From Mytilus edulis (taxonomy: Eukaryota), in contig NC_092347.1 in NCBI RefSeq assembly GCF_963676685.1, positions 70,578,935-70,642,934 on the forward strand: a DNA stretch of 64,000 nucleotides, written 5' to 3'. The translations under genes were made by a program, and so were the position numbers. Below, one piece after another: positions 34,301-46,490 of the stretch (position 1 is the first letter of the stretch; every line of letters starts with the position of its first letter). The notes beneath the pieces are model-generated. The model was not told the DNA's origin and searched no databases. It saw only the letters and a list, made by a program, of their open reading frames with translations.

Positions 34301-34760
34301 GTAAGTTTTAAAAAAGAATTGTAAACCTTTAAGTTGAGTTTTAGATACTTTTATCCATATATACACAGTTGTGTAACAGATATTTTAAAAGTTGGATATG
34401 CCAAATGACAAACACTGTTTGTATTAGATGTGTAATCTAAAGTTGTGTTGCATTAGATCTTGATGATGGTAATTCATAATGTATTTTTAAAGTTCCCTAT
34501 AAGCACATAACTACTTTTCAGAAAAAAAACAAGATTGTGCATTACTTTTAGTGCACATCCAAATTTTATTAGTGTAATAGGCTGACTAAAATATATATAT
34601 AAAAATAAGAAGGTGTGGTAGATTTGCTAATGATACAACATAAAAAAATCCTGATGGAAAACTTAACAAGCCAGCCAGTTTCCCTGATACTAGAGTTTAT
34701 AATAGACTTTTATTTTTGGTAGATATAGATATACTGTGTTAACTATTGTTTTATTTTCAG

Positions 34761-34938
34761 GAATACAAGTAGAAGAATTACATGACTTACTGAGTATTCA
34801 TGACATCTTAACAAATGATAAATTCAAAATGGACGATATAAGAAACATTAAATTGACACCCGAACAGATGTTACCAGCTGCTGTGTTTGGGCACTTGAGG
34901 AGGTCCCTAGAGACATTTCTGAACCCAACTGATAGTTG
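34761..34938 (+). CDS. TEP1: TEP1-like exon 27 (IQVEELHDLLSIHDILTNDKFKMDDIRNIKLTPEQMLPAAVFGHLRRSLETFLNPTDS)
   Basis: In frame with ORF 34736-34942. Acceptor TTTTCAG, donor GTGAGT. Phase 1 in and phase 2 out, consistent with neighbours. Confidence 0.75.
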
Positions 34939-35323
34939 GTGAGTCTTCTATATTTTTTTAAAGGTGTAACGTTCAAGACAATGATTTGCTAAATTCTTTG
35001 CCCTAATGTCTTGAGATGTCAGTAACTCCTGAAATGACTGTTTTATTTTTTGACGGATTGATAGCTGTAAATGTTCACTAATCACCAAATTTTTTCATGG
35101 ACAAGCAGCCCTTCTGTAGCCATCACATGAACAACTTGCCCGTTTCGAGTGCCTTATTTTACCACCATGTTTTATTGTGTGCAATTTTTGTGTAATTTTT
35201 CAACTGTTTTCTATAGTGTTGTGAAGGTTGTTTTGTCTATTTTGTCCTTTTGGTTGTGTTGTCTGTTCTTTAACTTAAATGTGTAACTGCCTCCTTGTAT
35301 ATTCTTATGTTTTATTATAACAG

Positions 35324-35430
35324 GAACAGTAGATTAACACTGGCTCATAAAGACATAGAGGCTGCAGTGAGACAGAGGTACATGAAGGGTTCTTCAGACT
35401 TGGAAACTAAATATCATTCTTTACTGGCAG
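35324..35430 (+). CDS. TEP1: TEP1-like exon 28 (WNSRLTLAHKDIEAAVRQRYMKGSSDLETKYHSLLA)
   Basis: In frame with ORF 35295-35510. Acceptor ATAACAG, donor GTAAGT. Confidence 0.75.
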
Positions 35431-35686
35431 GTAAGTACATAAAAATAATTTTCAGTGTGAAAGGTTATTATTTCTATGTAACTGAACAGCAAGAAAAACA
35501 GAAAAATTAATAGAAAAATCCAATTTGAATCATTGTCCTTGGCTAAAAAATCCCCAGTATTTGGACATATGAATGTTTCTGTGACACTGATACATTTATC
35601 TACTTTTTTTTTGACACAAAGAACACTTGTTCTTTAAATTGAAAAGTGATGCATAGATCTAAACTTTTTATTTTGTATTTTGATAG

Positions 35687-35775
35687 GTTACTTCTTTCAA
35701 CTAGCTGATCCAGGCAAAACCAATAGTTTCAGCGGAAATAATCCTAGAGCCTTTACAGAATTGCCATTCCATTTG
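35687..35775 (+). CDS. TEP1: TEP1-like exon 29 (GYFFQLADPGKTNSFSGNNPRAFTELPFHL)
   Basis: Resembles human EALGDLPYHLLQSG. Acceptor TTGATAG, donor GTGAGT. Confidence 0.75.
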
Positions 35776-37020
35776 GTGAGTGTGTATTTTATACATGCAG
35801 CAAAAGAATGTGCTTTATTGCAGTTACCTTGTCTGTTTGACTTTCTGTTAGTTCATCCAACAATTATAACATAATTTTTCAAGTCAGAATATAGCCCAAA
35901 ATTGTAACAATACTTGATGCATCTCAGCCTTTGAATGCAATGATAGACATGCAATTGACTTACTTAGGCGACCACAATGGTAAAGCCACAGTAATGTGAT
36001 GAGTTGTAATATGTTAGCATTTTTCACATACTGTAGATTCATTTATTTTCGTGGGTATCAATTTTCGTGGTTTAAGTAAAACTTGCATATTCGTGGATAT
36101 TTATTTTCCTGGTTTTGGCAAAGTCTACATACATGCCGTCAGAAAATTGGCATTTCGTTAAATATTTAAATTTGTGGTTCCCCTGTACCCACGAAATCCA
36201 CGATATTGGTATCCAATGAATATTAATGAATCCACAGTATTGCTTCTTGTTTTCCTATCCTTTAATTTTCAGTATTTAGAATATACTAAAAAAAATCTTC
36301 ATACATTTCAAAGTACTTTGACAATGATGAGTTGTAACATGTGAGCAGAATTGCTAGTAACCTACTTCCTGCTTGCCATTAGTTTCAATTTTGATTATGG
36401 GTCATGCTTAGAAAAACATCAAATGCCATCTTGTATAATTTAAAATGGTTATTAACAATTAAGATTTGCTACTCACTCTCAAAATTAATTTTACATTAAA
36501 TTTTCTTAACACATAAAAAAAGAAAAACCTGTTTAAAAATATGAGATCATACTCTCATTAAGTTTAAACATATTTATTTATAGTGGATTTGGAAACAAGT
36601 TTTTTCAACTTATATTACCGGTAATCCCTTTCCTCTTTGCTGGTGCGAGAGTTCTGCCTTGTAGCAGCATTAGCCTGCTCTTTTTCGATATCTACAAGGA
36701 TGTCTTTAATGTGGGTTGTTGTCGCTTTGACACATTCCCCATTTCCTTTCTCAATTTTAAGAGATATGACTTTCTCATAACACGGGTCAGCCATTTGTCG
36801 TCCCCTTCCGACGGACTGTCATCATTTCCTCAAGACCATACTCGCAAATGGTGTCAAGGGAGAGTCGAAAATTAAGTCCCTGGATACTCTCATTTCAGTC
36901 TGCCACAAGTGAATAGAGATGAAAATGAAAGTACACTGTTTTAACACTATGATATTTAAAATGTATTGTATAACAATATTTTGCTGAACTTTTGATCAAA
37001 CTTTTCTTCTTATATTATAG

Positions 37021-37135
37021 GTTTATTGTGGTGAATTTAAAGAGCTACAACGTTTACTTTGTAATCTGAATTTTATACATGCCAAATGTCAGCTAGGATT
37101 GGCTACACAGTTAATGGACGACTATCAAGATAAAG
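37021..37135 (+). CDS. TEP1: TEP1-like exon 30 (VYCGEFKELQRLLCNLNFIHAKCQLGLATQLMDDYQDK)
   Basis: Resembles human LLSKFLTNLHVVAAHLELGLVSRLLEAHALY. Acceptor TATTATAG, donor GTAAAG. Confidence 0.75.
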
Positions 37136-37244
37136 GTAAAGAAAACTAAATTTGATCATAAAAGTCAGAGAGAAAACAGACATATTAGGTCTCTAAACAC
37201 AATAGTTCTATTTAGGATATAACTGTATTGTATTTTAAGCTCCG

Positions 37245-37372
37245 ACGGCATCAATTGGGGATTTGATGGTCGCAAATTAAGTTTACTGGCGACGCATTAG
37301 CAGAGACAGTAAACGAGTATTTGCGACCATCAAATCCCCAATTGATGCCGTCGGAGCTTAAAATACAATATT
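37245..37372. repeat. Perfect hairpin/foldback in a GC-rich patch: arms TTAAGCTCCGACGGCATCAATTGGGGATTTGATGGTCGCAAAT and its reverse complement (~42 bp), with a ~38-bp loop
   Basis: Reverse-complement check of both arms. A related CATCAATTG-containing GC-rich segment lies at 37440-37520. Confidence 0.7.
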
Positions 37373-38034
37373 GTTATCTCCATTCTAATGAAACTGACAG
37401 AAAACAACGTTAAAACATGTATTTAAAATCTGTCATATGCCGTCTGCGCTTGCGCGTACATCCCATAGCATCAATTGTCAATTGATGCCATGTAAGAAAG
37501 TGACGTTATCCAATCAAAATGAACGTTACAAACGTTGTTCCATTAGAATGGTTGTCATTAACTAATTGCTCATTCTTTACCCTAAATATCTGATCTGAAT
37601 TTGTGCCTTGTGATATTGATAGAGACTAATTATCCATGTAGTTTGCTGATAATTTATATTGAAACAGTTGATATCTTGCTGTCCTGTATGAATTTTGAAT
37701 TGAAAGAAATGTTTAAGTTAACTCAACTGATTTTTTTCTTTTAGAACACAGGGTGCTTTTATGTTGATTCATTTAAAATCTTTGTGGGATACCAATTTTT
37801 ATGAAATTTCATGGGACTAATTGAACGTATGTAAACTGTTCATGGCGTTATAGGCAGACTTTGGCAAATTTATGCAATATAATCTCCATGAAAATATATA
37901 TTTTCCTCATCCATGAAAATGAATACCCATGATAATAGATTAATCTACACTAGGCATCTTTCTGTAATTTGATTTGATTCATTTTGATATCCAAATCTAT
38001 CTTCCATTTAGTAACATGTTTTGATTGTTTTCAG

Positions 38035-38140
38035 CACTGACAAACAAAACATCAGAGAGAGAACAGAACAAAATGATGAATGTGGAGGAAGTCAAACAAT
38101 ACAAAATGTTTGTTTCCAGACAGATACATGTATTAAATGG
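38035..38140 (+). CDS. TEP1: TEP1-like exon 31 (ALTNKTSEREQNKMMNVEEVKQYKMFVSRQIHVLN)
   Basis: Acceptor TTTTCAG, donor GTAGGT. Phases consistent. Confidence 0.7.
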
Positions 38141-38656
38141 GTAGGTAGATTATTTATCTGGGGTGATCCCTTTAGATAAATGTGAGAGGGTAGGAAAGGG
38201 ATATTTAAATTAGAAGATGTGGTATGATTGCCAATGAGACAATTCTCCACAAGAGACCAAAATGACACAGAAATCAACAACTATAGGTCACTGTATGGCC
38301 TTCAAAAAGGAGAAAAGCCATACCCTGTAGTCAGCTATAAAAATCCCCATTATGACAAATGTTAAACAATTCAAACCAGAAAAAAAAGATTATTTTTGGA
38401 CATGGTCCTTGGTCATTTTGATCATTTAAAGATTCATGGACATTGTATATTGGTTGATGAGGGGGTTGCATTTGAAAGCCAATTTTCAACGCTCACACTG
38501 TTGTCCATCCAAAAAGTATTCATCAGTTTAAACCTTTAAAAAATCTGTTTCTCATGGACAAATCAGCTGATGGTAACAAAACCTTACTAAGGCCATCAGA
38601 TGCAGTGTGGATTAAGTACTTGATGTTTTCATATATTGCTTGTTACTGTATTTCAG

Positions 38657-38825
38657 ATATCCTGCATTGACTTGGCAGCAAGCTATCAATGAGCCAGACA
38701 CATCTAGAGTTCACAAGGATGCCATTGATAGTGGAGAAGTGACCAAGGGTCAGGGATACATAGCATGGAATAACAAACCTAACACCACAGATCCATGTTA
38801 TATGACCATCAGTAATTTGCCTCAG
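38657..38825 (+). CDS. TEP1: TEP1-like exon 32 (YPALTWQQAINEPDTSRVHKDAIDSGEVTKGQGYIAWNNKPNTTDPCYMTISNLPQ)
   Basis: In frame with ORF 38640-38888. Acceptor TATTTCAG, donor GTAATG. Confidence 0.75.
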
Positions 38826-39221
38826 GTAATGTTAAACTGGGCTATTGACTTTAAAGTTCAATTTCCTAAATCGTTTTGGTGTCCCTGATATCTTTAGTAT
38901 TGTTGTGCTTGGATCGATACTATTTTTTTGGGAAACTTTGATAAATCTTTTGTCTAGGAAGTTTTCATAAGCTTGTTAACCATTAGTCAAAACTCAGAAA
39001 TTACTTTTGAATGCAAGGTCTACCACATGTATTATTATCGCATGTTTCTCAAGAGCTGTAAATCAGAGCTTCCTGAAATTGTGTATCATGTATGCTTTGA
39101 ATAATCATTTGATAATCAATTATCAAGTGAAATTGAAGCCCTGTACAGGTGATTATCAATTATATGAATTTGTGATCAGCATTTTTAGATTTTTTAAAAA
39201 TTTGTATATTATTTTTTACAG

Positions 39222-39317
39222 CCAGTGACTTGTGTAGCTGTATCCAAAGATAGCAAATACTTTGCCTGTGGTGGAATGGACTGTATGGTTAGACTGTATG
39301 ATTTCAATACTGGAAAG
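39222..39317 (+). CDS. TEP1: TEP1-like exon 33, the first WD40 exon (PVTCVAVSKDSKYFACGGMDCMVRLYDFNTGK)
   Basis: WD-repeat signature. Acceptor TTTTACAG, donor GTAAAG. Confidence 0.75.
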
Positions 39318-40246
39318 GTAAAGAAGGTTTTGTTAAAAAGAATAAAACTAAAGGAGCTGTGAGGTATATATCGATGAGAAAGAAACCAAATAATACACAC
39401 ACAAAAAAATCCAACGAAGACATCTTTATAGGGAGATATGGTCTTCAGCAATATGTAAAGTTGTATAGAAAAATACCTATTTGTTTGGGACTGTAACTCT
39501 ATGATGTGGATAGGTAGAAGTCTTGATTTTTGGCCAGAATTGTGGTAAAATCTTATAAAAGGTCAAAGTATTGGATAAGCATATATCCCAACCATTACCA
39601 TTTTTCCGTAATTTTTCCGATTTGGCGATTAAAACTACGCTATTACGATCAAAGTTGAATAGTTACATATTCCCAGTCATTGAGTTCAATTTTGTAAAAC
39701 GCGAATTTTTATCATTACCTTTCCGACCTGGTCCGGTATTTAGAAAATGCCAATGTAATGCATATGGCTTCTCAGGAGTTATCAACCTATGTTTTGATAA
39801 CTAACTGACTTTCAAAGAGCCAAACTTGCATTTTATGAAGTAGCTTTCCCCCTTTCTCTACTTCTCTTTGACATAACGAAAATGTACGAGTGGAGAACGT
39901 CCGAACAATTAATGAATGGAATACATACTACAGTTAACATGTTGAATGAAACATGTTAGTGCACATCACTTTGCAACCACTAATCAGTAATTTTTTTGGT
40001 AAATGCACATTTTTGAATAATTACTGAAAACTTTTCAAAATTACGTAAAATTTGATAGATTCTTACTGATAGTATCAAAAGGGGTTTGGCATCTATGGAT
40101 AAGTTAAGAATCCACGGGTAAGATTTGCAAGTATAGACCCAAGAAAATACTGTTTTAAACATTTATCATATATTTAGTAGAATACATATATATGTTGTTT
40201 TAATTTTAAACTTTAGAAGACTTGCTACTTACTTTGTTGTTTTTAG

Positions 40247-40336
40247 GAGCTCCATACATTTAGAGGTCATGCTAATGCTATCTCCAGTGTATATTTTGTT
40301 GGGCAGTCTATGTTATGTAGTGCTGGATTAGACAAT
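40247..40336 (+). pseudogene. Degenerate partial tandem duplicate (acceptor plus the first ~90 bp) of TEP1 exon 34, lying 122 bp upstream of the real exon. It has no usable in-frame donor.
   Basis: 40247-40336 resembles 40369-40458 with about 5 mismatches. The pyrimidine tract plus AG is duplicated at 40236-40246 and 40358-40368. Confidence 0.6.
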
Positions 40337-40368
40337 CTATTTACTATTCTCTATTTATTGTTTTTTAG

Positions 40369-40493
40369 GAGCTCCATACATTTAGAGGTCATGCTAATGC
40401 TATTACCAGTGTATGTTTTGTTGGACAGTCCATGTTATGTAGTGCTGGATTAGACAATGCTGTCAGTGTTTGGCATATAGACCAAGGTCACAG
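40369..40493 (+). CDS. TEP1: TEP1-like exon 34 (WD40: ELHTFRGHANAITSVCFVGQSMLCSAGLDNAVSVWHIDQGH)
   Basis: GH...WD-type repeat. Acceptor TTTTTTAG, donor GTATAT. A degenerate partial copy lies just upstream at 40247-40336. Confidence 0.75.
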
Positions 40494-41023
40494 GTATATA
40501 CAAATATCATCTTGATTTTAAGATAGTTTTGATTATTTGAAGATTGTTTCAAATACAATGTCCAATATCTTTTGGACTTCATATGTACAATCTTAAATTT
40601 AATAATTAGGAAATCAATTACATGTTAATAAATTACATTTTATGGTCTCAAAAATATCTGTGAATTATCGGGACTGAAATAATGAGATTCCTATAAAGCA
40701 ACATCCTTTTTAAATTTGTCCATTCTACTGTATATGTTATCCGTTTGAATCTATGAATATGTTGTCCAAAATTTTCAGACAGTTTTTAAAGTAATAATGT
40801 TTGCTATGCCTATGATATTCATGTCATTTAAATTATCATAGAATCAATCATGTTCTAAATACATTAACATATTTCATATTTAAAAATGATTGTCTGCATG
40901 CGGTCTCTACCCTTGCAAAGTTGAAAATATTTAGCGATATATTTTGATTTGTATAAAATTATGTTGAATAAAGAGGGAAAATATTGTTGAATTTTGACTT
41001 CTAGAAATGTGTTTTTTTTGTAG

Positions 41024-41173
41024 GATACATGTTTTGAGTCAGCACAATAAAAGAGTACAGTCAGTTGCCTCAGACAAGGCTGGAAAATTCATTGCATCAG
41101 CTTCATGGGATTGTACTGTCAAAGTATGGAACGCTGTTAAAGGGGACAGATCTTGTGAATTGTTGGTTGGAAG
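41024..41173 (+). CDS. TEP1: TEP1-like exon 35 (WD40: IHVLSQHNKRVQSVASDKAGKFIASASWDCTVKVWNAVKGDRSCELLVG)
   Basis: SWDxTVKVW motif. Acceptor TTTTGTAG, donor GTAAGA. Confidence 0.8.
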
Positions 41174-41570
41174 GTAAGAAAAAATTTAAATCTTGGACTC
41201 TTCACAAATATTTGATAAAGATTTATGATAGGTTGATTGGAATATAAAGAAAGAGAGACAAAAAATACCATTATATCATAAGTGGTTAATAAACTGACAA
41301 AGCCATGGCAAAAAATGAAAAAAAGACAAACAGACAAATAACAGTACATGAAACACAACATAGAAAACTAAAGATGAGCAACATGAACCCCAGGCAACAA
41401 AAAAAAACTGGTAGTGATCTCAAGTGATGTATAAAAACATTTGTGAAAATTTAGATAGAAATGGTAAATCAGAAAAAAGTATTCACAAAAATAAGTTGGT
41501 TAACAGTGTAACATTTCAAATTTGAATTTCTACCATGCTGAATATACGTTGATTCTTGTGTCAATTTCAG

Positions 41571-41676
41571 CCAAGTGAACTGTGTTGACTTCCACCCAGA
41601 AGGTCAGCTGATCGTTACAGGAAGTTGGGATGCAACAATAAAGATCTGGGATATATTCCACAGAAAGAGAAAAGCA
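41571..41676 (+). CDS. TEP1: TEP1-like exon 36 (WD40: SQVNCVDFHPEGQLIVTGSWDATIKIWDIFHRKRKA)
   Basis: Resembles human LNCVAFHPEGQVIATGSWAGSISFF. Acceptor TTTCAG, donor GTATGT. Confidence 0.85.
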
Positions 41677-42517
41677 GTATGTATTGTTTTGGATATTTAA
41701 GGATGTGTTTCCATGTTTACAGGAATCTTGTATAAAGATAAACCAGGTGTTCAATGGAAACATAGTTAAAACATTGTGGGGTACTTTAGATAATTTGAAG
41801 ACTTTTACATTTAGGGTCCCTGTAAGGTTTAGGGTTCAATTATGGTTAAGGTAAGGTAAGGTTTTGTTGTAGGTCCGGGTAGTTTAAGGGTTATAGGTAT
41901 GGTCAGTCCAAATTAAGTAAGGGCAAGTTTGATATAGCTATATATTGGTTGGAATTCCTGAGGTAATATAAGACTTTTTTTGGTTTGAGTTTATGTTTGA
42001 GAGAATAAAGGCATCTGCAAAATGTGCCTTTTCTCCCATTTTCCTCTCAAATGCAAGAATTTATATTTAGACTACATTTTGACAGTGCCTACTAAGGATT
42101 TTGTAGATAGGGAGTATAATTGTGCATAATGGTAGAAATACAGGTGAGCACAGTGATTAAAATATGTTTTGACGATTTTAAGCCACAATGTAAACAAAAA
42201 TGGACTGATTACAATCATGATAAGACAATTACATACTTTCAACTCTTATTTATCTATAATTCTGACCTTTAATCACATATTAGACTCAGTCTAAGGATTA
42301 TTAAGATAAATTATAGTACTCAATCATGGTTACTCAAATCCATTGAACTATTGAATAGTTTGTGACCTGATGTGAATCAACTGTACAATGCACTAATGAA
42401 GAAAGTAATCTTTATGAACTTTTTTAGGATAACTTAATCCTTCATAGAATTATAAAAAGTCTGTACTTGTTCAAAATTAAATATTAGATACTAGTCCTTT
42501 ACATTTTCTTCTTTCAG

Positions 42518-42637
42518 GTGTTGCGTGGACACAAGACATCAGTAAGGGATGTAGCTTATTCTCCATCAGGACGTCACATTGCCTCAGCCTCCTTAGATGG
42601 TGATGTTAAACTATGGTCAGCCTTCAACGGAACACAG
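42518..42637 (+). CDS. TEP1: TEP1-like exon 37 (WD40: VLRGHKTSVRDVAYSPSGRHIASASLDGDVKLWSAFNGTQ)
   Basis: Canonical WD repeat. Acceptor CTTTCAG, donor GTAAAC. Confidence 0.85.
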
Positions 42638-43069
42638 GTAAACAATAGCTTACATTTGTGTTCATGTATAAATGAATGGATTTGAAGCCATTCGGAAGGT
42701 CAAATTGACCTTAAATCAAATATATTTCAAAATATCTCAAAGTTACGTAAAGTGACAGGAAGGCATGGTGTCCATCTTTTATTTTCCTGCGATAGATGAG
42801 TTATCAATTGAACAATCTCTAAATGTAATACATTTCTAGTCCAGAATATGCATGAAATATCTGCTACTGCAAAAAACAGCCAATATTTAATTTTGCTTGA
42901 GCCAGTGGATTCCACAAAAACAACAAAAAATGTCCTAATCAGGAAATGTTATCTGGTATAAAACTTTTACTCTGTGTAAAAAAGATGCTTTACTTTCCCA
43001 ATGATATATCTCATAGCCTCCTGAAATGTTATGTACTCTCTTTATGAAATATTGTTTGACTTTCTCCAG

Positions 43070-43168
43070 GTTGGTAATATCCAGGGTCACTCATTACCTA
43101 TCAACAAACTGACGTTCTCTCCATCCGGTAAAGAATTGATTACAGTTAGTGATGACCATAAAGTCAAG
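43070..43168 (+). CDS. TEP1: TEP1-like exon 38 (VGNIQGHSLPINKLTFSPSGKELITVSDDHKVK)
   Basis: WD repeat. Acceptor CTCCAG, donor GTAAGG. Confidence 0.8.
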
Positions 43169-43715
43169 GTAAGGATATGTGTATTTTATTAGTTTATATA
43201 AATAAGGGTTAAATGTCTATGGAGACAGCAACCCAACAATAAGTGTTAACCTAGACCTAATATTATGAAGTCAACAAATGTTTTTTTTTAAGCAAAGTGA
43301 GAAAAGTCTTTACAGAAATTGTTCTATATTAGATTATTAATGTCCCATTTGTAAGCTTCAATTTGAAATGTTTCTATCTGAACTTTTTAAGGGGGTATTT
43401 TATTTGATAGTGTGGATGGGGTAAAATTGTATTATCTTATTAATTGAACTCTAGTTGTTGTGTCATATTCTGCAAACAATCCAAAATGAATTTTGGTATT
43501 TGGTCTAATGGAGTAATGCATTCACTTTATTTGGTGGTTCATCAATGCATAAACAAAACCATAAGAAGTAGCATTCTGCTAATGATTATGAACATACAGT
43601 GGGTATATTTCAGAAACCTATGTTGTTGTTGATGTTGGCCCATATTTAGATGCATCCTGTAGAATTTACTCTAACAGGGAAAAAAACAATAATATGTGAT
43701 ATTTTTGATTTAAAG

Positions 43716-43863
43716 GTATGGTCTGGTAACCTTGGTAAACCAGTGCAATGTATTGGTCAGGAGGAACATGGAGCTGCCATGTCGGTAGCTCTTCACCCAG
43801 ATTGTGATGTTGTATTTGTTGGATATCACAGTGGAAATATCAGAGCTTTTGATGTTATGACAG
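43716..43863 (+). CDS. TEP1: TEP1-like exon 39 (VWSGNLGKPVQCIGQEEHGAAMSVALHPDCDVVFVGYHSGNIRAFDVMT)
   Basis: Closely parallels human VQVWSGSLGRPRGHLGSLSLSPALSVALSPDGDRVAVGYRADGIRIY. In frame with ORF 43650-43886. Confidence 0.9.
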
Positions 43864-44331
43864 GTAAAATTGAAATCTTATTTTAAGGGTGAGGGACAAG
43901 TTACAAAAGCAACAGAAAATATGTCCACTATCATTCCTCAGCAACGTATATGCTAATATAAAGCCAAAACAAATCAAACAGCAACGTATTAATCAAAATC
44001 AGACAATTTTTATAATCACCTGATGGAGGAAAATTAAAGTTGTCATGAAGTAAATAAAAAATTGTCACCCTTGGTTGGTGAATTAACAAGTATGTCAAAA
44101 GTAACCTTACAAATGTCATCAATATGTGATACCAGTCAGAAGAATTTCACTTTTTTAAGTTGAAAAAAAAGTCATGATTTCGTTATTTAAAAGAAAAATA
44201 AAGGGTATAGGGTATCCATTCATGACTCAAAATCAGTTGATGCACAGCAAAAATCACATAAAAAGCTAAGGAACAGCACCTTTTTTGTGGAAAAAAATCA
44301 TAATTTTGTTATTTATCTATTTTAATTGTAG

Positions 44332-44435
44332 GATGGGAAATATTTGACAAGAAGCTCCATACGGCATCAGTAAGGTGTATCAAGTATGTGGGAGATGGTA
44401 TGGTAGCAGCAGGATCAGATGATAATACAATGACT
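44332..44435 (+). CDS. TEP1: TEP1-like exon 40 (WEIFDKKLHTASVRCIKYVGDGMVAAGSDDNTMT)
   Basis: Acceptor TTGTAG, donor GTAAGT. Phase 1 in and phase 0 out. Confidence 0.75.
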
Positions 44436-45126
44436 GTAAGTAGGAATTGTAACAAAATATAATGCAGAAACAGTGAAATGGAGGGAGAATTCAGGAGGTA
44501 AAAAATGTACCACAATCTGTTAATAATTCTATGTCATTAACACAGACATATTGTTCGAAAAAGTTGCTCAAAACAACAGTAGTAAAACCATTCCTTAATT
44601 TTGACTCTAATGGTAACTGGTACTGACAAATCATTATAGGAATTTTAATATAAAAAAAGATGATGTGATATAATTGCCAATGAGATAACTGTCCACCAGA
44701 AACATAATGAAGTTGATATTAGCAACTGAAGGTCAAGTCCATATTTTTCTAGAATTTTAGATGGTTGACAAAACCTCTTGAATATGCATGACATATTTGC
44801 AACTAGACCTTTTAATGGGGTGAACAGTCATTGAGATAATGATAAGGGGTGAGTAAGAACCAGCTGGTGGTAAAGTGCTTTTGGCTCAAATCTTAATGGA
44901 CTAGGATTGAAAGTTTCACAGTCCAAGGTTTATGGTGCTTTCCAGGAACTCCTGCTTCCTCCACCAAAAAAATCTGGCACAACAATATAGCCAAGGTTCC
45001 TGAGATTGGTTTTAATATCCAATAATCAATCACATATATAACCTTTCATAATTTTTTTTACGTTTTCCATTTTTCATTTGCTAGAAGAAGTTTGACGGGT
45101 ATAATCAAATAGTTATGTTATTTCAG

Positions 45127-45284
45127 ATTACAAGTACAAAAGAATCTTTAGGAGGTTTGAGACTGACAACTTTTACCAAACCTGTATTGTGTGTAGCACT
45201 TACCAAAACACTGATGGCTGTAGGATCAGAAGATTTTACGTGTACATTGTTTCCAGCACCGAAGGAAAAAGATTTGTCAAAGAA
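45127..45284 (+). CDS. TEP1: TEP1-like exon 41 (ITSTKESLGGLRLTTFTKPVLCVALTKTLMAVGSEDFTCTLFPAPKEKDLSK)
   Basis: Acceptor TTTCAG, donor GTAAGC. Ends in phase 2. Confidence 0.7.
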
Positions 45285-45798
45285 GTAAGCATTTAACGAA
45301 AAAATTGGAAGGGGTAGGAGTTCTAAAATAGTGTGCTGTCAATTAAAAAATAACTAACATTTGTTTAATGCTAAAAATGTTAATTTGAGTCCTGTTTTCT
45401 GTTGTTTATTTTCATGAATATGTATCCAGAATATCATTTATACAGCTTTTGCCATGATTTTCAAGGTTTATGTAATTGTTAACCCTAATACAAGCATACA
45501 TTGCTAGTCTTATTTAAACGTGTTCATTTGATAAAGGCAAACTTCCTCAAAGAAAGTGTTGAATGTAGAGGTATTATAAACATCTCTTCCTCATCTCTTA
45601 TTCATTTTTTATGGAGGGGCCTTTGCTAGGTGTCCTAGTTGTAAAACTATTTTATCATAGCCAGTCATCACTGAGTCTGAGTTTTGAATTTCACACATGC
45701 AAATGCTTGAATTCTTGATACTTTGAATAATTAAATTCTTTTTTGTGACAAGTGAACTGTTTACGTAATTATATTTATTTATTTATTTATTATTGCAG

Positions 45799-45904
45799 AA
45801 ATAAGCTCAAAGTGTATTCCACTTTAACAGGCCATGTAGGACCAGTAACCAGCTGTACATTTAACAGTGAAGGCTCATTATTGGCAACAGCAAGTAGGGA
45901 TGCA
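45799..45904 (+). CDS. TEP1: TEP1-like exon 42 (WD40: NKLKVYSTLTGHVGPVTSCTFNSEGSLLATASRDA)
   Basis: Resembles human LRGHEGPVSCCSFSTDGGSLATGGRDRS. Acceptor TTGCAG, donor GTAAGT. Confidence 0.85.
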
Positions 45905-46373
45905 GTAAGTTTTAAAGAAAACTTAAATTAACTTGATAAACCTTCAGCAGCAAATTATATAACAGTTTAATATAAAACTTTAAATTGTATCATCCATAAA
46001 TATTTTATATAAATATACCGGTATATTATATTATAACTTTTCACAAGCATCTGTATTTAAAAATATAAAATAAGGAAAGGTAATAAGATTGTTGTAAATA
46101 TTTTATATATATTTCATATTATAACTCTTCAAATGCATCTGTATTTTGAAATATAAAATAAAATAATGTGATACGATTGATTGAAACAACTATCCCCAGA
46201 GACCAAATGATGTGAATGTAAGGATCTAAAAGTCACCATACACCTTTCAGAAATGAGCATGGCTGGTTAATATAGAAAGCTATAAAAGTTCAATGAACAA
46301 AATCTGTATGGATAAAAATATTTAACATTTAATAATTATTTATTTAATATAATGTTCATCTCTTTTCTATCAG

Positions 46374-46490
46374 AGTATAAGAATTTACCAGGTGACCTGG
46401 GAACAAGAGCCACTTCTAATGAATGTCCTGAGTGATTGTCATAAAGACTGGATAACTGGATGTCAGTGGTCAAATATAGCTGACTTCATA
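46374..46490 (+). CDS. TEP1: TEP1-like exon 43 (SIRIYQVTWEQEPLLMNVLSDCHKDWITGCQWSNIADFI)
   Basis: Resembles human FPACHRDWVTGCAWTKDNLL. Acceptor TTCTATCAG, donor GTAAGT. Confidence 0.85.
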
